From: Fibrobacterota bacterium
GTDB lineage: Bacteria; Fibrobacterota; Fibrobacteria; UBA11236
NCBI GenBank assembly: GCA_028287505.1
Contig: JAQBPN010000007.1
Location: forward strand, 116,120-148,119
Length of the DNA: 32,000 nucleotides
Direction: 5' to 3'
Under the pieces are notes generated by a model. It made no database searches. It was not told the DNA's origin and saw only the letters and a list, made by a program, of their open reading frames with translations. The position numbers were made by a program, and so were the translations under genes. Below, piece after piece: positions 10,092 to 19,088 of the stretch. Within the stretch, counting starts at the first letter, position 1, and each line of letters opens with the position of its first letter.

Positions 10092-10634
10092 CTACTTCAC
10101 CTCGGTGATTTTCAATTCCAATATGGGATCGCCCCGTTCAAGTCGGGTCAGGACGTCAAAGCCGGAAATGAGCTTGCCGAAAATCGTGTGCCGCCCATCC
10201 AGGTGGGGCTGGGGCATGTGGCAGATGAAAAACTGGGATCCGGCCGTATTGGGGCCGGCATTGGCCATGGACAAGGATCCTGCCTCATGCTTCAAATCGT
10301 TGTGCTCATCGTCGATTTTCCACCCCGGACCGCCGGTTCCATCCCCATTGGGGTCCCCGCCCTGGGCCATGAAGCCCTCGATGATGCGATGGAAGGCCAG
10401 GCCATTGTAAAAACCGGAATCGACCAGATGCAGGAAATTGGACACGGTGTTGGGAGCCTGTTTGAAGTAAAGCTCCAGCTTCATCGTGCCCTCGTGGGTC
10501 TTGATTTCCGCGAAGATTTGCTTGGTTTTGCTGTAATCCCGGTTGTATTGACGCCCGGTCTGGGCGGAAACCAGGGAAAGGGAGAAAAGCATAACGGGCA
10601 AAAAGAAGCGCGTCGAGAAGTACTTTGCAATCAT
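10092..10634 (-). CDS. Peptidyl-prolyl cis-trans isomerase, cyclophilin type, with signal peptide
   Basis: SNFLHLVDSGFYNGLAFHRIIEGFMAQGGDPNGDGTGGPGW...SMANAGPNTAGSQFFICHMPQPHLDGRHTIFGKL. Confidence 0.93.
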   Translation of the reverse strand: MIAKYFSTRFFLPVMLFSLSLVSAQTGRQYNRDYSKTKQIFAEIKTHEGTMKLELYFKQAPNTVSNFLHLVDSGFYNGLAFHRIIEGFMAQGGDPNGDGTGGPGWKIDDEHNDLKHEAGSLSMANAGPNTAGSQFFICHMPQPHLDGRHTIFGKLISGFDVLTRLERGDPILELKITEVK

Positions 10635-10791
10635 AGGTTTGACCCGAATTGAAAGGGAAGATTTCTAACCGAGCATGAATTTAGTAAATATTCCCGCGGA
10701 AAACCCGTCAAGTGGGGGTCAAACCGGGCTTCCGGAACTGACGCCCGTCCCCGATTTTGGTACCTTTGTCCCCTCTTTCTGACGGAAACCC

Positions 10792-12597
<1,806 letters not shown>

Positions 12598-12600
12598 TTA

Positions 12601-12718
12601 GGCTCGTCGCTCAGGAGTTGCAGCGAACAGCCCATCAGGGGCTGTGAGCCACCCGGTCGACATCTACAACTGCAAACTCCACGCTCCTCACTTTTATAGG
12701 CTTGCCGGCTCGTCGCTC
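12601..12718. repeat. Short palindromic element bracketed by 12-nt direct repeats
   Basis: GGCTCGTCGCTC at 12601-12612 and 12707-12718. Internal near-inverted arms GGAGTTGCAG (12614-12623) and CTGCAAACTCC (12670-12680). Inner hairpin CAGCCC (12628-12633)/GGGCTG (12639-12644). Confidence 0.5.
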
Positions 12719-12789
12719 CGGCTCGCCTGTTTTTGCTACCTATTCGGGTAGCAACCGCTTCCGCATTCTGTTAGCACATATCCGGCCAT

Positions 12790-14733
12790 ATGCCGGCCGC
12801 AAGGCCGGAGGGAGGATCCCTGAATCGCACCGCTTTGATCGGATTCGCACTGCTCTCATGGGCATGGGACGCCCATTCCCAAGGCGCGTGGATCCGGCAG
12901 GATCCGCGGCCTGCGAATATGCAACTCAACGCCGCCGATTTCGTCGACTCCCGCCACGGCTGGGCTGTGGGGACGGGCGGAACCGTTCTCAGGACCACGG
13001 ACGGCGGGGATACCTGGACCCCGCAATGGTCCGACACGTCCTTCAGCGCCGTTTCCGTGGACTTCCTCAATCCGGACACGGGATGGATTTGCGGATTCCC
13101 GGCAACGATCCTCAAAACCACGGACGGAGGCGGTACGTGGACCGTGAAAAAATTGGGCGGAACCGGACCTCTGTACGCCATCCATTTTCACGATGCCCGG
13201 CTTGGCTGGACGACCGGTGAGGGCGGCTATATTTTCCGGACCCGGGACGGCGGGTCCACCTGGGACACCTGTCCCCGGGCGACGGAATGGAGCCTGAAAT
13301 CCATTCAATTCATAAACGCATCCAAAGGCTGGGCCATGGGGGAATACAGCTCCATCGTCACGACGGAGGATGGAGGAACGAGTTGGAAATCCTTGGGAAA
13401 GGTGGGAGAGTTCATCGCTGCGTCCCAGTTTCTGGATGCGGATACGGGATTCGCGGCCGGAACCACGGGAAATGTTTTCAAAACCGCAGACGGCGGCGTA
13501 TCGTGGATGCAATTGAATCCCCTGACCATAAAAGACCTTTTCGCGATCCATTTCGCGGATTCCCGGACCGGATGGGTGGCCGGACGGGCGGGCTGGATCA
13601 GCAAGACCGTGGATGGGGGGGCTACGTGGACGGCGCAGGATTCCCGCGTGCCCGTCACCCTCTACGCCATCCCGTTCGTGGGCAAAGACACCGGCTGGTT
13701 TGCGGGAGATAACGGCACTCTCGGCAAGACCACGGATGGGGGCGCCACGTGGACCTTTCCGCCCAACGCCGTCAAGAGGTCCCTGCGATCCGTCCACTTT
13801 ATCGATGCCGAAACGGGATGGGCCGCGGGAGACGCCGGCACCATCCTCGGCACCACGGACGGCGGACTGCACTGGTTGGATCGCAATCCGCCCACCCGGG
13901 AGGACTTCGGGGCCATCCATTTTCCGGACGCCAAGCATGGGTGGGCAGTGACGTTTTCGGGGTCGGTTTTCAAATCGGAGGACGGCGGGATCGGATGGAC
14001 GCTGCAGAAGAAATTGGGGAACAATCCCTTGGCCAGCGTGTGGTTCATCGATGATCGCAACGGATGGCTCGGCCGTGAACACGACTTCGTACGCAAAACC
14101 GAGGACGGAGGGGAAACTTGGATACCCCAGGATAGCGCCACCTTCGGCGCCGCAAGGATACGCTTCGCCGATGCCCTTCGGGGTTGGGCCTCGGACGGCA
14201 GGCGGCTGCTCCGGACCCGGGACGGCGGCAAAAACTGGGACAGCATCAGGACCACCGAGGCCCTCCGGGGATTCGCCATGGCGTCCGCTGATTCCCTGGT
14301 CGGCATCGGAAGCGGCTTTTTGGTCCATCGCACCTTCGACGGCGGAACCCATTGGTCGGCGGCGGACGTCCGTACGGAAGCGATGGGCTCCAATGCAGTG
14401 GCTTTCGCGAAATCGGGAGAGGTCTGGGGCGTGGGCATAGGCGGGGAAATCACCGGGTCCAAGGACGGCGGAGCGACCTGGACACGGGTGGGCGGCAAAG
14501 CCGACAAGGCCGATCTGCATGATGTATTCCTGTTGGACGGCGGCGGCGGATGGGCGGTGGGAGACAGTGGGGTCATCCTTAAATACGATGCCAACGCTCC
14601 CGCTTCCATAGCGACCGGAAAAAGCCCCCATGTGGATTACCGTAAGCGAAATAGATCGGCGACGACCATGCCCGGCCGCAAAATACCCTGGCTCTCCGGT
14701 TGGTTCGATTTCCTGGGACGCCGCAACCTTTAG
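12790..14733 (+). CDS. YCF48/BNR-like beta-propeller protein, probably secreted (start may be CTG at 12820)
   Basis: More than ten tandem repeats of the form GWxxGxxGxIxxTxDGGxTW; signal-like segment LNRTALIGFALLSWAWDAHSQG. Confidence 0.85.
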   Translation: MPAARPEGGSLNRTALIGFALLSWAWDAHSQGAWIRQDPRPANMQLNAADFVDSRHGWAVGTGGTVLRTTDGGDTWTPQWSDTSFSAVSVDFLNPDTGWICGFPATILKTTDGGGTWTVKKLGGTGPLYAIHFHDARLGWTTGEGGYIFRTRDGGSTWDTCPRATEWSLKSIQFINASKGWAMGEYSSIVTTEDGGTSWKSLGKVGEFIAASQFLDADTGFAAGTTGNVFKTADGGVSWMQLNPLTIKDLFAIHFADSRTGWVAGRAGWISKTVDGGATWTAQDSRVPVTLYAIPFVGKDTGWFAGDNGTLGKTTDGGATWTFPPNAVKRSLRSVHFIDAETGWAAGDAGTILGTTDGGLHWLDRNPPTREDFGAIHFPDAKHGWAVTFSGSVFKSEDGGIGWTLQKKLGNNPLASVWFIDDRNGWLGREHDFVRKTEDGGETWIPQDSATFGAARIRFADALRGWASDGRRLLRTRDGGKNWDSIRTTEALRGFAMASADSLVGIGSGFLVHRTFDGGTHWSAADVRTEAMGSNAVAFAKSGEVWGVGIGGEITGSKDGGATWTRVGGKADKADLHDVFLLDGGGGWAVGDSGVILKYDANAPASIATGKSPHVDYRKRNRSATTMPGRKIPWLSGWFDFLGRRNL

Positions 14734-15125
14734 GCGAGGATGCTCACCGCATGCGCGAAAAAACCATGCCGCCAAGACCGGTCCGCTCGCCATTTACAAA
14801 GCTGCTTTTAGCCCTCTTGAGAAAGATCCCCAAAGGCAAAGTGGCCTCCTATGGACAGATCGCGGCCCTGGCCGATCATCCGCGCGCCGCGCGCCAGGTG
14901 GTGCGCCTGTTGCATACTCTTTCCGAACGCGAGAACCTGCCCTGGCACCGGGTGGTCAACCGTAACGGGCATATTTCCCTTCCCATGGAAGGCGCAGGCG
15001 GCCTGCAACGTCGCCTATTGATCAAAGAAGGCGTAAAAGTGAACGCGCAAGGAGCGATGGATTTGGAACGGTTCGGATGGAAGCCGGAAATGAAGCCGCG
15101 CAAATCCGCGCTTCCTCGCGGGTAA
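14700..15125 (+). CDS. Alkyltransferase-like (ATL) protein of the MGMT family (likely start 14751)
   Basis: IPKGKVASYGQIAALADHPRAARQVVRLLHTLSERENLPWHRVVNRNGHISLP: MGMT DNA-binding domain with active-site Cys replaced by Trp (PWHR). Confidence 0.88.
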   Translation: MVRFPGTPQPLGEDAHRMREKTMPPRPVRSPFTKLLLALLRKIPKGKVASYGQIAALADHPRAARQVVRLLHTLSERENLPWHRVVNRNGHISLPMEGAGGLQRRLLIKEGVKVNAQGAMDLERFGWKPEMKPRKSALPRG

Positions 15126-15131
15126 AACCCA

Positions 15132-15806
15132 TTAATGGATTTTCAAAACGATGCGGCGGTTCTTGGCCTGATTGGATGAAATCGGCTTCCCGTCGCCGTC
15201 CACGTTGGGCACCTTGGGCTTGGTGTCCGCGTAGCCCGCCGCCTTGAGGCGCTCGGACGGAATGCCTTTTCCGATCAGGTACTTGACGATGTTGGTGGCG
15301 CGCGAAACCGAGAGTTCCCAGTTGGACGGGAACTGGAGGGTATTGATGGGAATGTTGTCCGTGTGGCCCTCGATGTCCACCGCGAACTTGTAATACTCGA
15401 TGCGTTGGATGGCATCGGCCACCTTGTCCATGTTCGCCCGCGCCGAGGGTCCGATATCCGCCTTGCCCGGATCGTAGATGGCCGAACTCGAGAATTCCAC
15501 GATGATGCCGTCGCGCCCCAGATCGATGTTCACTTCGCCGCGCTTCCGCTGATCCGCCAGGAGCGAATCCAGGTCGTGCTTGATTTCGCCCAGGGGCGTC
15601 TTCACGTCCTTGTCCTTGCCGATATCGCTGCGCAGGCCCTTCTTCATCTGTTCGAAGAGCACCGGATCCACATGGGAGACGGAAAGCATGGCCAGGAAAA
15701 AGGCCATCAGGAGCGTCACCATGTCGGCGTAGCTCATGAGCCAATCCTCTTCGACCCCTTCGTGTTCCGGGACGCGGTGGCGGTTGTGGTGTTTTCTGAT
15801 GCCCAT
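15132..15806 (-). CDS. motB: MotB-like stator protein
   Basis: TM with ion-binding Asp (WLMSYADMVTLLMAFFLAML) and OmpA-like peptidoglycan-binding domain (DIEGHTDNIPI...NWELSVSRATNIVKYL...NRRIVLKI). Confidence 0.92.
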   Translation of the reverse strand: MGIRKHHNRHRVPEHEGVEEDWLMSYADMVTLLMAFFLAMLSVSHVDPVLFEQMKKGLRSDIGKDKDVKTPLGEIKHDLDSLLADQRKRGEVNIDLGRDGIIVEFSSSAIYDPGKADIGPSARANMDKVADAIQRIEYYKFAVDIEGHTDNIPINTLQFPSNWELSVSRATNIVKYLIGKGIPSERLKAAGYADTKPKVPNVDGDGKPISSNQAKNRRIVLKIH

Positions 15807-15815
15807 GGAGAGCGC

Positions 15816-16625
15816 CTACTTGCCCTTCTTGGCGGCCCCGGGCTTGTCGCCGAACATCGAATACTGATCCTTGCGGTCCAGGTAGGAATTCATCTTGTCC
15901 TGGATGTACATGGCCGGCTTCTTTTCCATGATCAGGACCAGGGCCTCCAGGATCAGGTAATGGCGGAAGCGCTCGATGCTCAGGGTCTGCTTCACCTTGG
16001 TGGAGGAAGGCATGAATACGAAGCGGGCGAAGAGCAGGCCGTATAACGTGGCGGTCAGGGCCAGGGAAAGTCCCGGTCCCAGCTTGGACGGGTCTTCCAG
16101 CTTGCCCAGCATGACGATCAGTCCCAGCAGGGTGCCCACCAGGCCGAAAGCCGGAGTCATGGATCCCATGGAAGTCAGGATGGTGGATCCCTGCAGATGG
16201 CGGAAGTAATGTTCTTCGATGTTGGTGGTGCCGAACTCCCGGATGTCGTCCGGCTTGTAGCCCGTGCTGGCCAGGGTGAAGATGTACCTGGTGAATTCGT
16301 CCTTGCTGGACTTGGCGATGGAGTCGTAGCCATTCTGGCCCTCGGCCTGCACCTTCTTGGACCATTCGCCCGCGAGCCTCACATCCTGGATCAGGCTCTT
16401 GGAGGAGATATCCTGCTTGACGAATATCTTCAGGGTGGCCCTGAAGGCGTTCCACACGTATTGGAAGCGGAACCCGATGAAGGTAACCGTAACGGTACCC
16501 CCGAAGACGATGGCGAAGCTGCCCAGGCTCAGGAAAACCTGCCAGTCCTTGGTTTCATGGAGGATTCCCAGGGCTATGACCAGGAACCCGAAAACGACGC
16601 CGCATACCGTGGATAGGGAGATCAT
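15816..16625 (-). CDS. motA: MotA-like stator protein
   Basis: 269 aa, four-TM topology, TPAFGLVGTLLGLIVMLGKLEDPSKLGPGLSLALTATLYGLLFARFVFMP signature; 9 nt upstream of motB. Confidence 0.92.
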   Translation of the reverse strand: MISLSTVCGVVFGFLVIALGILHETKDWQVFLSLGSFAIVFGGTVTVTFIGFRFQYVWNAFRATLKIFVKQDISSKSLIQDVRLAGEWSKKVQAEGQNGYDSIAKSSKDEFTRYIFTLASTGYKPDDIREFGTTNIEEHYFRHLQGSTILTSMGSMTPAFGLVGTLLGLIVMLGKLEDPSKLGPGLSLALTATLYGLLFARFVFMPSSTKVKQTLSIERFRHYLILEALVLIMEKKPAMYIQDKMNSYLDRKDQYSMFGDKPGAAKKGK

Positions 16626-17914
16626 GGGGCCTTTTCCTCTTTGGCTGCCTTCGCATCCTTGGGCGCGCCGGACATCGCGTCTTTTGACGCGCCGGGGAGC
16701 GGGATCTTGGCCTTCTTCTCTTCCGGCTTGCTTTTGTCGGCGGCCTTGGCGGGAGAAGCGGGAGGGACGGGAGCAGCGGCCGGGGCGGGTGCCGGAACCG
16801 GCGTTGTGACCGGAGCCGGGGCGGGCGTCTCCGCGGCGTCCGCTTCGGGGGCCGCTTCGTTTTCGGCGGCGGGAGCGGCGGCGGGTTCAGGCTCCGGAGC
16901 CGGGGGCGCGGCGGGGCGCGCCTGGGTGGGCTTGGCCAGATGGGTCGCGCGCTGGACCGGAGCGGCGGCCTCCGGGATCGGTGCCGCGACCGGTGCGCCG
17001 GCGGAGGAGGCCGGAGCCGCGTTCAACTGTCCGTTGTATTCCTCCGGGAAGGGAACCTGGTCCGCCTCGGGCAATGCGGCCGCGGAAGGGCGCGGAGCGG
17101 GGCGGGGCATGATGGGGCGGGGATTGGGCGATCCCCGGCCGCCCGGAGTGCGGGTCTTCTCGAGCATGTTGACCACGGCGGGCATGTCGGGATTGAGGCG
17201 CAGGGCTTCCATCCATTCGCGCCGCGCCATGCCGCCCTGTCCCATCATGTAGTGGATGCTGCCCGCCAAGGCGTGGCCTTCCGCGGTGGAACGCGCATCC
17301 AGGGAGGATCGGACGGCCTGCATGGCCTCCGGGAAGCGCTTCTGGTAGAAAAGCTCCTGGGCCTTGCGGATGCCCGTCAGTACCTTGGAGGTTACGTCCT
17401 CGTAGTCTCCCTGTTCCTCTTCGGCGGGCGGCGTTTCGGGTTTGGCGCGGGCGCGCGGATCCTGCGGTTGCTGGTGTTGCGCCGGTGGCTGACGCAAGGC
17501 ATTCCGCTGCGGGTCCGGATCCGGTTGGGCCTGCCCGTCCTGATCCTCCTGGGAAGGCGGCCTGGGTTCCGGATTGGCCGCTTTCGCCCGCTGGGCGGCA
17601 TGATGCTCTTCCGGTTCGCGGGCGGCGTGCTTGGCTTCTTCCGAGGGAGGCGGATTCGGCTTTCCGGTCATTTCCAGGTACAGATCCGTGGACCCCAGAT
17701 CGATGGTCACGTTGGCATCGGTGCTTTTGTTCGCGTAATGGAAACTGATGCTGCCTTGGCCGTTTTCGCCCGGTTCGGTTTCCGGCCCGGCCTGGGACTG
17801 GGAGGGAGCGGAACTCCTGACGTCGGGATCGGGGGCGCTTCCACCGCAACCAAGCAGGAGCATTGCGGCCATGACGGCCGAAGCCGCCGCGCGCGCGGAT
17901 GCCTCGGCCGTCAT
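16622..17914 (-). CDS. TPR-containing Pro/Ala-rich lipoprotein (track ORF extends to 17971; ATG at 17914 preferred)
   Basis: MTAEASARAAASAVMAAMLLLGC|GGSAPDPD lipobox; TPR-like AQELFYQKRFPEAMQAVRSSLDARSTAEGHALAGSIHYMMGQGGMARREWMEALRLNPD; stop overlaps the motA start (ATGA). Confidence 0.78.
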   Translation of the reverse strand: MTAEASARAAASAVMAAMLLLGCGGSAPDPDVRSSAPSQSQAGPETEPGENGQGSISFHYANKSTDANVTIDLGSTDLYLEMTGKPNPPPSEEAKHAAREPEEHHAAQRAKAANPEPRPPSQEDQDGQAQPDPDPQRNALRQPPAQHQQPQDPRARAKPETPPAEEEQGDYEDVTSKVLTGIRKAQELFYQKRFPEAMQAVRSSLDARSTAEGHALAGSIHYMMGQGGMARREWMEALRLNPDMPAVVNMLEKTRTPGGRGSPNPRPIMPRPAPRPSAAALPEADQVPFPEEYNGQLNAAPASSAGAPVAAPIPEAAAPVQRATHLAKPTQARPAAPPAPEPEPAAAPAAENEAAPEADAAETPAPAPVTTPVPAPAPAAAPVPPASPAKAADKSKPEEKKAKIPLPGASKDAMSGAPKDAKAAKEEKAP

Positions 17915-17933
17915 GGCCGCCCGCGACCGCGGC

Positions 17934-19088
17934 TTAGAACGTGTAATGCAGATAGGTGAGTTCATAGGCAACGGGTTCCAGGGTCAGGAAACGATTTTCT
18001 TCATCGGCGCCGAGACCTTTCAGTTTGTTGTTGAGGGGCATGAAAAGAATGCCTCCGCCCAAGGTGAAATGGCGGCTGACGCGCGACTTGTAACCCACCG
18101 TGAGCGTGCTGAGATGCCCGCGATTGTTGAAAGGGACGAACTCCTTGTAACCCACGTATGTTCCGAGCCAGTAGCCCAGATCGGGATTGGATTTCCGGAA
18201 GAAAATCCCCAGCATCTCGATGCCGAAATTCACCATCTGGATGTTGAAGTTGACCGCCAGGCTGTCCGGCCCGCCCGTGCCGTTGGCGAAACCGTACCCG
18301 AGGGAAACGGAGAAGAGCAGGAACTTGTCCGGGGTGACCGCTTCGCTGACCGTGCCTTCGATTCCGTACATGGTGAGGGCCAGGTTGGAGAGGGTGTCCA
18401 GTTTGGGGCGGCCGAGCGAATCGGAGGCGACCGCGCTGGGGACGATGCCTTCCTGGATGGGGAAGCGGGTCACGTTGGCGGAGGCGCTCCAATCCAGGTT
18501 CCAGATGTCCGGCTTCTTCTCGTTGGGTCCGGCCACGAAGCTGTTCGACCAGACGATTTCGCCCGTGCGGTGGCGGAACACCTTCAGGTTCAGGATCACG
18601 TCGTTGTCCGCGCTTTTGGAACAGGAGCCTTCGATATAGCCGTCCACGCGGAGCTTGTCCCCCAGCTTCCAGAGATCTTCCATGGACGGCAGGGTGTTGG
18701 AGAACTTGAAGGTGCTGTCGGTGGCCACCACGCGGAAAGTCCGGAGTTCCGGGGACGTGACCACGGTCTTGCGGCCTTCCTTGCGGAACACCTCTTCGAT
18801 CTGGGCCTGGATGTAGCGCGAAATGCCGGGGCTGAATTCCTTGGGATCCACTTTGATCTGGGACAGGGCGATGCGATCGATGTTGGGAGGGATGTCGCCC
18901 ATGGTCTTGGACAGGCGCCCCATGATCTCCGCTATCTGGCGGAGGCCGGTGGAACTGGGCGCGAAGGGATCCGGCGAAGACGCGGCCGCGGAAGCGGACG
19001 GCGCGCACATGGCCAGGCATAAGGCCAGGCACATGCCCATGATCGGGGCCGGGAGGAAACCGGCCCTGTTCGCGGAGCCGGAAATCAT
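17934..19088 (-). CDS. Secreted protein with FlgO/CsgG-like N-terminal domain and C-terminal putative outer-membrane beta-barrel
   Basis: Signal peptide; PNIDRIALSQIKVDPKEFSPGISRYIQAQIEEVFRKEGRKTVVTSPELR...LWKLGDKLRVDGYIEGSCSKSADNDVILNLKVFRHRTGEIVWSNSF; then alternating amphipathic strands ending in LTYLHYTF (C-terminal aromatic). Confidence 0.65.
   Translation of the reverse strand: MISGSANRAGFLPAPIMGMCLALCLAMCAPSASAAASSPDPFAPSSTGLRQIAEIMGRLSKTMGDIPPNIDRIALSQIKVDPKEFSPGISRYIQAQIEEVFRKEGRKTVVTSPELRTFRVVATDSTFKFSNTLPSMEDLWKLGDKLRVDGYIEGSCSKSADNDVILNLKVFRHRTGEIVWSNSFVAGPNEKKPDIWNLDWSASANVTRFPIQEGIVPSAVASDSLGRPKLDTLSNLALTMYGIEGTVSEAVTPDKFLLFSVSLGYGFANGTGGPDSLAVNFNIQMVNFGIEMLGIFFRKSNPDLGYWLGTYVGYKEFVPFNNRGHLSTLTVGYKSRVSRHFTLGGGILFMPLNNKLKGLGADEENRFLTLEPVAYELTYLHYTF

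Noticed and set aside
12856-14793. 645-aa minus-strand ORF opposite the YCF48-like gene
   Set aside because: The plus strand shows perfect protein repeats; the antisense lacks any recognisable family.
15022-16455. 477-aa minus-strand ORF overlapping motA and motB
   Set aside because: Frame-shifted reading of true motA/motB; His/Gln/Arg/Gly-rich translation with no domain, typical high-GC artefact.
15132-16625. motA/motB as part of an ordinary flagellar locus
   Set aside because: Adjacent genes within the window include no flagellar structural, export or chemotaxis genes, and the rotor-like partner is a FliF/FliG composite. Genes outside the window could still change this.
17748-19022. 424-aa plus-strand ORF opposite the FlgO-like gene
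   Set aside because: Antisense shadow in high-GC DNA, no domain.
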